From Candidatus Woesebacteria bacterium RIFCSPLOWO2_01_FULL_44_24b (lineage in GTDB: Bacteria; Patescibacteriota; Microgenomatia; UBA8517): a DNA stretch of 64,000 bases. The stretch's first letter is position 1. Each line of letters starts with the position of its first letter. The position numbers and the translations under genes were made by a program. Below are positions 28,939-36,463 of the stretch, in pieces. The notes under the pieces were generated by a model. The model made no database searches. It saw nothing but the letters and a program-made list of their open reading frames with translations, and had not been told where the DNA came from. The stretch is taken from the NCBI GenBank assembly GCA_001793235.1, contig MGHM01000017.1:2971-66970 (forward strand). The letters run 5' to 3'.

Positions 28939-29001
28939 ATGAACAACAACTCACCAAATATTGGCAAACGGCGTCAAGATAGATACCGTTTTAATTTTTA
29001 A
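28939..29001 (+). CDS. Putative leader peptide ORF (20 codons: MNNNSPNIGKRRQDRYRFNF) whose stop abuts an intrinsic terminator
   Basis: The ATG at 28939 is preceded by AGGAG (28911-28915, distant). The TAA stop at 28999-29001 overlaps the first stem nucleotides of the terminator. Rich in Asn (3) and Arg (4 of 8 residues). Confidence 0.3.
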   Translation: MNNNSPNIGKRRQDRYRFNF

Positions 29002-29025
29002 AAGAGCCTTGGGGCTCTTTTTTTT
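29001..29025 (+). terminator. Rho-independent terminator/attenuator hairpin immediately upstream of the operon start codon
   Basis: AAAGAGCC-ttgg-GGCTCTTT followed by a T-tract, about 10 nt before the ATG at 29036. Confidence 0.6.
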
Positions 29026-29035
29026 GCGCCTAAAA

Positions 29036-29851
29036 ATGAAAACGAAGCATATTAGAAAAGTACTCCTCTGCGAGCCTTCGCATTTTTCCGTAGATTATGT
29101 AATTAATCCCTGGATGAAGATTGGAAGTATCAACAAAACTAAGGCAACTTCCCAGTGGAAGAATCTTGCAAACACTTTAACAAAACTTGCTATAAAGATC
29201 GAAATTATAAAACCCGCCAAAGGGTTGCCCGACATGGTCTTTGCTGCTGACCAGGCATTGATTAAATATAAAAACTTGGTTTTAAGTAATTTTCACTATC
29301 CCCAAAGGCGAAGGGAAATTAAAAAATATCTACCTTGGTTTAAGAAACAAAATTTCAAAATCTACAAACTTCCCAAAAAATGTTTTTTTGAAGGAAGCGG
29401 AGAATGTGTGTGGTATGGGGACCTATTGTTTGTAGGAACCGGATTTAGAAATTCCACCGGTGTTTGCAAATTTTTATCGGTATACCTAAATGTAGAGACA
29501 AAATGCCTCGAACTTATTAATCCTAAGTTTTATCACCTTGACACCTGCCTATTTCCACTTAATGACACGACTGCATTTTATTATCCTCTAGCATTCTCGC
29601 AAAAAAGCCAAAGAGTTTTGAAAAAGTTAGTTAAAAATTTAATCCCTCTAGCAGATGACGAAGCAAATAATTTTGCAGCCAATAGTTTGGTAACCGATCA
29701 TCGTGTAATTATGCAAAAGGGAAACAAAAATTTCGCCGTCAAGCTGAAAGATTTGGGCTACAAAACAGTGGAGGTAGATGTCTCAGAATTTATGAAATCT
29801 GGTGGTGGGATTCATTGCTTAGTGCAAACTTTAGAGGAGGAATATGCCTGA
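29036..29851 (+). CDS. Amidinotransferase-superfamily enzyme (DDAH / arginine- or agmatine-deiminase-like fold) with C-terminal catalytic Cys
   Basis: C-terminal KSGGGIHCLVQTL is the GGG(I/V)(H/R)C catalytic-Cys motif of the amidinotransferase/ADI/DDAH superfamily; 271 aa is DDAH-sized. Start at the ATG at 29036 (the ORF-track TTG at 28961 runs through the terminator). Confidence 0.55.
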   Translation: MKTKHIRKVLLCEPSHFSVDYVINPWMKIGSINKTKATSQWKNLANTLTKLAIKIEIIKPAKGLPDMVFAADQALIKYKNLVLSNFHYPQRRREIKKYLPWFKKQNFKIYKLPKKCFFEGSGECVWYGDLLFVGTGFRNSTGVCKFLSVYLNVETKCLELINPKFYHLDTCLFPLNDTTAFYYPLAFSQKSQRVLKKLVKNLIPLADDEANNFAANSLVTDHRVIMQKGNKNFAVKLKDLGYKTVEVDVSEFMKSGGGIHCLVQTLEEEYA

Positions 29852-31217
29852 AAGAATTCTTATTCATAATGCCGATTATATTTATAACCTTGCGGGAGTT
29901 TCACCAAATTCGCCGCCGCAAGATATCCTAATTGAGGGAAATATTATTGCTGCAATTGGCCCAAAATTAGATGAAAAATTTGGGGATGTTAAAACCCACA
30001 TAGACGCAACTAATAAACTTGTCTTTCCGGGGTTTATCAACACCCATCACCATCTATTTCAAGCATTCATGAGGCATGTACCTCAAATGCAAAATCAAAG
30101 AATAGATCAATGGATTGCAGAAGCTACTTCCCGAGCTAAAAAGATGGACCCCGAAGCACACTACTGGGCTGCCCTTTCTAATATGGCAGAACTAGTACTC
30201 TCTGGTGCAACAACTACGACCGATATGCTTTATCTATATCCTAATCAATACGATCATCAAGAACTTTTTGAAGCAACTATTGAGGCTGCAAAAACCATTG
30301 GAGTCCGATTTCATCCCTACCGTGGATCAATGAGCAGAAGAGATGGGTTATTTGAAAAAGATGTGTTAGAAGAATCTGAAAAAATTATTGAACATACCAG
30401 AGACATTGTAGATAAATTCCACCAGAAAGCTGGAGATGCAATGGTTAAAGTTGGGATAGCACCATGCACTATCTTTACAAACTGTGCTTATGATTACGAA
30501 CAAGCTGCGGCACTTGCAATAAGATACGACATTAATCTGCAAACTCATTTGGGTGAATCAAAATTTGAAACCCGATATGTTCTTGAAAAATACGGCATGA
30601 CACCTTACCAGTTGATGGAATCACTGGGGTGGAAAGATAGTAGAGTTAGCCTTGCCCATTGTATTGAGATAAACGATGAAGATATTGACCGTTTAGCGCA
30701 AAACCACAATTCTGTTAGCCATTGCCCTACTTCAAATGCACGCTCGCCCATAGGGCAAACAGGAGTTGCTCCAATAGCCAAAATGCTTCAAAAAGGAGTG
30801 AATGTGTCAATTGGCGTTGACGGCAGTGCAGGAAACGATTCATCTGACATGCTTTTTGAAATGAGAGCTGCCAGAACTAACCAAGGAATTCCAGAAGAAT
30901 CAACATATCTTGATCCAGAGCAGATTTTTTATATGGCAACTGAAGGTGGCGCCAAAGCTCTTAGATGGGAAAGCAACATAGGACGTGTTGAGCAAGGATA
31001 CTGCGCTGATATAACTATTTTTGATATTCATGATTCCATTGGTCATATAGGTGCATGGGACAAAGCCGGGTCACTAATAAGCTGCAGCTCTAAACGGGCT
31101 GAAACAGTTATTATAAACGGAGAAATAATTGTTTCAGAAGGAAGACTTACGAAAATAGAAGAACGGCAACTGATAAAAAAAGCAACGACTAAATGGAAGG
31201 AGGCTTTTGGCAAATGA
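29844..31217 (+). CDS. Amidohydrolase, TRZ/ATZ (chlorohydrolase / nucleobase- or nucleoside-deaminase) family
   Basis: PGFINTHHHLFQAFMR (HxH metal site), later HLGES and D-rich C-terminal motifs typical of guanine/cytosine/MTA deaminase-type amidohydrolases; overlaps the previous gene by 8 nt. Confidence 0.75.
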   Translation: MPERILIHNADYIYNLAGVSPNSPPQDILIEGNIIAAIGPKLDEKFGDVKTHIDATNKLVFPGFINTHHHLFQAFMRHVPQMQNQRIDQWIAEATSRAKKMDPEAHYWAALSNMAELVLSGATTTTDMLYLYPNQYDHQELFEATIEAAKTIGVRFHPYRGSMSRRDGLFEKDVLEESEKIIEHTRDIVDKFHQKAGDAMVKVGIAPCTIFTNCAYDYEQAAALAIRYDINLQTHLGESKFETRYVLEKYGMTPYQLMESLGWKDSRVSLAHCIEINDEDIDRLAQNHNSVSHCPTSNARSPIGQTGVAPIAKMLQKGVNVSIGVDGSAGNDSSDMLFEMRAARTNQGIPEESTYLDPEQIFYMATEGGAKALRWESNIGRVEQGYCADITIFDIHDSIGHIGAWDKAGSLISCSSKRAETVIINGEIIVSEGRLTKIEERQLIKKATTKWKEAFGK

Positions 31218-32488
31218 TAAATGTAGACTTAGAAAAAACAATTCCAGAACCTTTGCGCTTTCCCGATGAAAGAGTAAAAGTAGCTGAGATAAGACAAGAT
31301 TACGGAACTTTTTTAAGTGTAGATGCATTAAAATGGGCACTTAACAAAGATTACTTAAGTAAAGATTCCCAAAAAATAACCGCTTCAGAGATTGCCCCAT
31401 CGCTAAGATGTCCTGAAGGGTGCAATAATTGTCCCGATTCTATCCTCGAAATTAAAAGGCGTATAGCTGTAGGTTTGATTCCAAAGGTGGAAGCCAGGGC
31501 TCGAACTGAGACTTTTAAATATATGATGGACGATTTCTATAATTTGGGTATTCGCCATTGGATGTTTGTAGGAGGAACTCTTGATCACTTACCAGAAATT
31601 GGTGAACTAATTAATCATGGATTGAGCCAAGAAGAAACAAAAGTTAGTTGGTTTAGCGATGGCATCCCTCAAACTAATCCCGATGGCAGTCCTTCAAATT
31701 TAATGCAAACTGCACTAGAGGATGGATGGATGAAAAAAGTTGCAAATCATGTTTCTTGGGATTATCCCTACGGGTATGCCAATATAATCCCTCATGGAAA
31801 TATTTTACCTCTCAAGCAAGGGAGAGGGCTCAAATTTGAAGACGATCCAGAGTACTCAAGAGTTTTCAAAACTCACTATGGTACCATCTTTGCTCTTAAT
31901 TTGATTAATGCTGATGCAAGAAGGGTTGTGCTTAATATCACGGTCTCTCCAGGAAATTTAAGGCTAATTCCCCAATTATATGCTCAAGCCGATCTTTTGC
32001 AGCAACATGCTATCGAAAATGGAAAGAAAACTGAGGTAGGTTTAACGTTCAGCCCGTCCATTTGGAGACCTCACCAAGCCAGAGGGGACGGAACCTTACA
32101 AAGCCCTGCTTCGGCAGGGCTTGAAATGAGAGATATGTCAGAAACGAACGAAATATTTTCAATGATATTACAAAATGAATACCAGCGAATAAGAAATGGT
32201 CATCCTCGTTTACTTTATAACTCTTCAGGATATACAAATTTAATGGCTGACCCGCAATACAGACAAATTACAGTTGACCAGGGAGTACCCTATCCTAATG
32301 GTCCAGAAATACTAAATATAACCCCTACAGCTGACGCTTGGCTTGATCCGATGTTTGCAGGTCCGGAATTGGAAGCGATAAATAGTACGTTTGGATACAG
32401 AGACCGGGTCTTCAAACCTGAAAATAATATATTTACACAATTCCAAGACCCTAACCTGCCTTGGTTTCCAAATATGGTAACAACATGA
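31214..32488 (+). CDS. Hypothetical protein with CxxxCxxC motif (possible non-canonical radical SAM or Fe-S enzyme)
   Basis: SLRCPEGCNNCPDS (C-x3-C-x2-C) at residues ~65-75, followed by MFVGGTLDHLPE (possible GGE-like SAM-binding motif); ATGA-coupled to the amidohydrolase. Confidence 0.35.
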   Translation: MINVDLEKTIPEPLRFPDERVKVAEIRQDYGTFLSVDALKWALNKDYLSKDSQKITASEIAPSLRCPEGCNNCPDSILEIKRRIAVGLIPKVEARARTETFKYMMDDFYNLGIRHWMFVGGTLDHLPEIGELINHGLSQEETKVSWFSDGIPQTNPDGSPSNLMQTALEDGWMKKVANHVSWDYPYGYANIIPHGNILPLKQGRGLKFEDDPEYSRVFKTHYGTIFALNLINADARRVVLNITVSPGNLRLIPQLYAQADLLQQHAIENGKKTEVGLTFSPSIWRPHQARGDGTLQSPASAGLEMRDMSETNEIFSMILQNEYQRIRNGHPRLLYNSSGYTNLMADPQYRQITVDQGVPYPNGPEILNITPTADAWLDPMFAGPELEAINSTFGYRDRVFKPENNIFTQFQDPNLPWFPNMVTT

Positions 32489-33159
32489 GAGAAACTGACA
32501 AATATCTAGCTCAGTCAATTATTGATTTTAAAGTGCCAAGGTTTGGTGAGAATATAAAGAATAAAAGCGACTCTCCTTCCTGTATGTTTGACGTAAGAAA
32601 ATTATTATCCGAACCAGAGCCTTATAAGTATATTTGCAATAAAATGGCTGAGGTTGTCAAAAATGACTGTTCTGGAAGTGCTGTGGTTGGATTGGCCACT
32701 TCAGGCATAGCTTGGGCTGCAGTTGCTGGATACTTAACAGATATGCCAGTTTTATATGTTCGTAAGAAAAAAGAACCAAATGTTAGTGACTTATATTTGG
32801 AGGGTACTTTGCCAAGCGACAGAAGAGTGATACTTATCGATGACTTGCTCTTCGCTGGAGAAAGCAAAAATGAGGCTTTAGAGATACTTCAAAAGGAGGG
32901 TTGTATCGTTACGGATGTTGTTGTTGTCGTTGATAGACAGATACAAAGAAAAAAAGATGGACCCCCGATAGATCAAAGATGGGGATTACAATTTCATAAC
33001 CTTATAAATATGTCAGAAGTTGTCGAATATATGGTACAAACAAATTCTATCACTGAATCGCAACTTCAACATTTAATCCTAGACTATCAGCATTTTGAAC
33101 GCTGGGATATGCCAGATTTTGCTAAGGTGGGTGATTTTGATGAAAGACAAAACATTTGA
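32485..33159 (+). CDS. Type I phosphoribosyltransferase-domain protein (OPRT-like)
   Basis: AVVGLATSGIAWAAVAGYLTDMPVLYVRKKKE...RVILIDDLLFAGES gives the PRPP-binding loop (acidic-acidic followed by small residues); ATGA-coupled to the previous gene. Confidence 0.6.
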   Translation: MRETDKYLAQSIIDFKVPRFGENIKNKSDSPSCMFDVRKLLSEPEPYKYICNKMAEVVKNDCSGSAVVGLATSGIAWAAVAGYLTDMPVLYVRKKKEPNVSDLYLEGTLPSDRRVILIDDLLFAGESKNEALEILQKEGCIVTDVVVVVDRQIQRKKDGPPIDQRWGLQFHNLINMSEVVEYMVQTNSITESQLQHLILDYQHFERWDMPDFAKVGDFDERQNI

Positions 33160-33403
33160 AATAATTGGTTACACAACATTTGGAGATATAAGCAATGGTG
33201 AGTCTTATGTGGTGAAAATTAGCCACGATTGCCCCAAAAACGGTATTTTAGAACTATCAACCGGACTGGGTAAATACCATACTGATGAAAGAACGGTGTC
33301 TTGTAATAAATGTGAGGGGTCGGTATTAGTAAAAAAAGATATCGCAGGCCCTCAAATTATTTATCTTGCCTCTACTTCTTTTGAACCACAGGCTAAGGTA
33401 TAA
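33140..33403 (+). CDS. Small Cys/His-rich protein (87 aa), possible zinc ribbon
   Basis: MKDKTFEIIGYTTFG...SHDCPKNG...YHTDERTVSCNKCEGS; the start overlaps the upstream PRTase by 20 nt. Confidence 0.35.
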   Translation: MKDKTFEIIGYTTFGDISNGESYVVKISHDCPKNGILELSTGLGKYHTDERTVSCNKCEGSVLVKKDIAGPQIIYLASTSFEPQAKV

Positions 33404-33965
33404 TTTTGGGGTGGAGTACCATAATCTCCAAATCTGTGGGCTGACCCGGAAACTTCCCTTAATTCAAGTTGGCAGGCACACCAAAATCGCCGCGTTTTCA
33501 ATTTTGGGAGATGTTGAATTGACTGATGCTTTGGCTGATGCCATGACATTGAAAATTGAAAATTTAAAATTAAAAATTGATTACATCGTTGGTCCTGAAG
33601 TTAAAGCGGTACCCTTAGTTCATGGAGTCGCCAAGCGACTTGGTCACAAACGCTTTGTAATATGCCGCAAAAGCATCAAGCCCTATATGACTTCGCCAAT
33701 TGTGGTCAAGCCCTTGAGCCATTTTCCCAAGCACGTTAAGCCATTGGTATTGAACGGCCCCGACGCTCAAATGCTAAAAAATAAAAAAGTATTTGTTGTA
33801 GATGATGTAATTTCAACTGGAGTAACTTTTCGCCAAATTACCCATTTAATGAATAAAGTTGAAGCACAAGTGGAGGGATACATTGCTGCTATAAAACAAG
33901 GTGAGCAATTTGATAATTTAGAAAATTTATTATATTTAGCAGAACTTCCTGTATTTAAAAAGTAA
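33366..33965 (+). CDS. Type I phosphoribosyltransferase, adenine-PRTase-like
   Basis: IDYIVGPEVKAVPLVHGVAKRLGHKRFVICRK...KKVFVVDDVISTGVT is APRT-like; the TTG/GTG start region (33366-33411) is uncertain. Confidence 0.55.
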   Translation: MPLLLLNHRLRYNFGVEYHNLQICGLTRKLPLIQVGRHTKIAAFSILGDVELTDALADAMTLKIENLKLKIDYIVGPEVKAVPLVHGVAKRLGHKRFVICRKSIKPYMTSPIVVKPLSHFPKHVKPLVLNGPDAQMLKNKKVFVVDDVISTGVTFRQITHLMNKVEAQVEGYIAAIKQGEQFDNLENLLYLAELPVFKK

Positions 33966-34613
33966 TCAAAATCTCGGAGGGCTTAACAAAACACTTTTAT
34001 CCGACTGCATTTCACTGACTCCGATTACATAAAAAGGGTCAATATTTTGATTGCTCCTAAGTTTATCAACACCATGTTGGAATAATTTTGTAAAATATAC
34101 AGCCATCTCTATTTCTATATCTTCTTGCCTTAAAACGTCAATAATTAATGAGGCGGTGGTTGAATGGGCAATTACATCATCGACCAATAGTACTCTATCT
34201 CCCTTTTCAAGGCCGTTGAAAACAAACTCAGATATGTCGTCTGTTGTAAATGACTTAACTTTTTCTTTAACAATAACCGGCGTTTCCCAAGCTCCCGGAA
34301 TATCTTTACCCTTTCTTCCGGGAGCTAACGGAAGCCCTAACCGTTCTGCCACAGATGTGGCCAATGGTATGCCGGAATTGGGAATTCCTACAACTTTATC
34401 AAATTCGTATCCTCTAAAACGATAAGCTATTAAATCAGCAGCAAATCCCTGATACCCCAAATCAACAAGCTGATTTACCCATTTCACCGAAACATAGCCT
34501 TTTTCAAAATTGGTCACTTTCGCTTCCTTAATAAATCTGTCCCGTAAGGCCGATTCTCGCGCGCGAATACCTTCTAATTGTTCACTGTGTTCAATATCTC
34601 TTAAAATAGCCAT
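33966..34613 (-). CDS. Type I phosphoribosyltransferase-domain protein (third paralog, convergent)
   Basis: KVVGIPNSGIPLATSVAERLGLPL...DRVLLVDDVIAHSTTA; start at MAILRD (34613); its stop is directly adjacent to the stop of the 33366-33965 gene. Confidence 0.55.
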   Translation of the reverse strand: MAILRDIEHSEQLEGIRARESALRDRFIKEAKVTNFEKGYVSVKWVNQLVDLGYQGFAADLIAYRFRGYEFDKVVGIPNSGIPLATSVAERLGLPLAPGRKGKDIPGAWETPVIVKEKVKSFTTDDISEFVFNGLEKGDRVLLVDDVIAHSTTASLIIDVLRQEDIEIEMAVYFTKLFQHGVDKLRSNQNIDPFYVIGVSEMQSDKSVLLSPPRF

Positions 34614-34750
34614 ATGTTTTATAGTATTTGAAGAACAACAAATTAGCAATTGACACGCTTCTCTTATAGGGTTAATTTAAAAGTAACAGTGTAATACCTC
34701 TTTGATCTTGGGAGGAAATATAAGAATAACAAGATTGATAATTAAAAGGT

Positions 34751-34779
34751 AGTCCCGCTGTTGGCGGGATTTTTATTTG
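34751..34779 (+). terminator. Hairpin plus T-tract (intrinsic-terminator-like) in the intergenic region
   Basis: agTCCCGCtgttGGCGGGAttttta; no plus-strand gene lies immediately upstream, and the function is unclear. Confidence 0.3.
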
Positions 34780-34989
34780 TTATGAGCGTTGAAGCACTAG
34801 TCGCAAACAAAGATATAATTGAGTATGCCATTGGCGCTCCTCCCCAGGCTATGAAGCTCATTCACTCTTCTGTTTATGGGCCGCTTCATCAATCGGAAAA
34901 CGGATCAAACGACACTTCAGGTAAAAGTATTATCCATAGCGTAAGGCACGAGCCACCATTCCCCATAGATGTAAATATTCGGAAATAAG

Positions 34990-35604
34990 ATGGCAATACC
35001 AGACAGGCTTCAGACAAGTGAAATAAGGCAAATCTCACTGGAGCTGACTGACCCACAACTTGTTATTGATCTGAGCTCACTCGGTTACGAAGTACATATC
35101 GACACAGTGCTAAACAAACCTTTCTTTAAAGGAATATCCCAGCAAAGAGAGGTCCCCCTCCCTGCCTTTCATACGGATTCCTACATCTTAAATTCACTTG
35201 TCAATATGGGGTATAAATTCAGCGATCAGCATATTTATCCTGCGAACGCTGTCAAATACGCTCGTGGAGGCCAATGGGGTGCTATTAATGGAGTAATAAA
35301 CTTCTACCCTGATCTTGGCAAGCTTTTGACAACCAATTTAAACCCGGATTGTTTAGAGATAATTAAAACGGGAGTCAATAACGGCAATAGCCTTGAAGAA
35401 GAAGTTGAAAAAGTCCTGGGTAAAGCTCCGCAAAAGAAACTGCTCAAAATCCCGGTTGCAGTTCTCCCCACTACTTCCATTGACATAGAAGCCTGGGCCA
35501 TTTATGTCCCTGACTCAAACGTAGCAATAGCTCAGAACCTAAAGCAAATAGTTTGTGACCGAACAGAGAGAGCTTCCCACTCTGCAATCTCACTGCAAGA
35601 TTAA
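34990..35604 (+). CDS. Hypothetical protein (204 aa)
   Basis: ORF with coding-like composition; no motif recognised. Confidence 0.4.
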   Translation: MAIPDRLQTSEIRQISLELTDPQLVIDLSSLGYEVHIDTVLNKPFFKGISQQREVPLPAFHTDSYILNSLVNMGYKFSDQHIYPANAVKYARGGQWGAINGVINFYPDLGKLLTTNLNPDCLEIIKTGVNNGNSLEEEVEKVLGKAPQKKLLKIPVAVLPTTSIDIEAWAIYVPDSNVAIAQNLKQIVCDRTERASHSAISLQD

Positions 35605-35611
35605 CTAAACC

Positions 35612-36463
35612 ATGATCTTTCGTGAAAGAGAAAGAGCCAACAACCAAGAATGGTACACGCTAGACGGCTGGCATCTTAGCTTCTCCGGTGGTAGCACTAA
35701 GAATTCAATAGTAGTCAAAACAAGAACGGGCAACATTTACCAAGAGCCTGAGTCTACTATACATTTATCGGCCGCCCTAGGGGAACGCTTGGAAGTCTTT
35801 ATTAAAAGCGGGGGTTATATCGACAGAGTCATGGCAAACACTGATCCAGCAAGCTTAAACTACACAATTACTCAACTAAATCGCGCAATCTCAAGCACAG
35901 GCATTGATCATGCAACAATATGGTCAATTGGTGCAATGGGCTATTGCGGTTATTGTGCAAACGGCGAGATCTACCGAAGAAGTAGATACTTAAAGTCATT
36001 AATAGATGGAAATAACGATTTGGGTAAGATCATGAGACAGTCTCAAACCTTAAAAAATAAACAGTTCTACGACCGGGATGGCAGGATTGTAAGCTCGGCT
36101 GTGTGTAGCCTGACAGAGGCTTTTGAAATTTTAGACTACCCTACACCACCCATGCAAGTAAGCCCAAATTCCTCCTATTTGCTAATTATTCGAAGGGCGG
36201 ACTTAATTGAAGGTTATGAGTACACCAATACCATAGTTTCTGAAACAAACCAGTTTTGTTATGACTATTTTGATTTTACTTCAAGTTCTATAAACACTCC
36301 TACCAAAAATATGCCACAATTCCGCAAATATAAACCTTCCAAAGGCGATCAATTCCTTAGGGCTGTACAAATTCTAAAAGATGCAGGGTATCAAATAGAA
36401 GATGGAACGGGGTGCATTAGGGACAACAATACTCTGGTTTTTCCAGTCCCCAAACTACGCTGA
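35612..36463 (+). CDS. Hypothetical protein (283 aa)
   Basis: ORF 8 nt after the previous gene; no motif recognised. Confidence 0.4.
   Translation: MIFRERERANNQEWYTLDGWHLSFSGGSTKNSIVVKTRTGNIYQEPESTIHLSAALGERLEVFIKSGGYIDRVMANTDPASLNYTITQLNRAISSTGIDHATIWSIGAMGYCGYCANGEIYRRSRYLKSLIDGNNDLGKIMRQSQTLKNKQFYDRDGRIVSSAVCSLTEAFEILDYPTPPMQVSPNSSYLLIIRRADLIEGYEYTNTIVSETNQFCYDYFDFTSSSINTPTKNMPQFRKYKPSKGDQFLRAVQILKDAGYQIEDGTGCIRDNNTLVFPVPKLR

Noticed and set aside
28961-29035. ORF-track N-terminal extension (TTG at 28961) of the amidinotransferase-like gene.
   Set aside because: The extension would be translated straight through a strong stem-loop and T-tract terminator, and the conserved-looking protein begins at the ATG at 29036.
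28771-34650. Tested whether the PRTase/amidohydrolase operon is a tRNA-Glu-integrated genomic island.
   Set aside because: Found no repeat of the tRNA 3' end (tgacgctatcgggagtcgaaccc) on either strand at the distal end of the cluster, and no integrase. Composition looks like the rest of the window.
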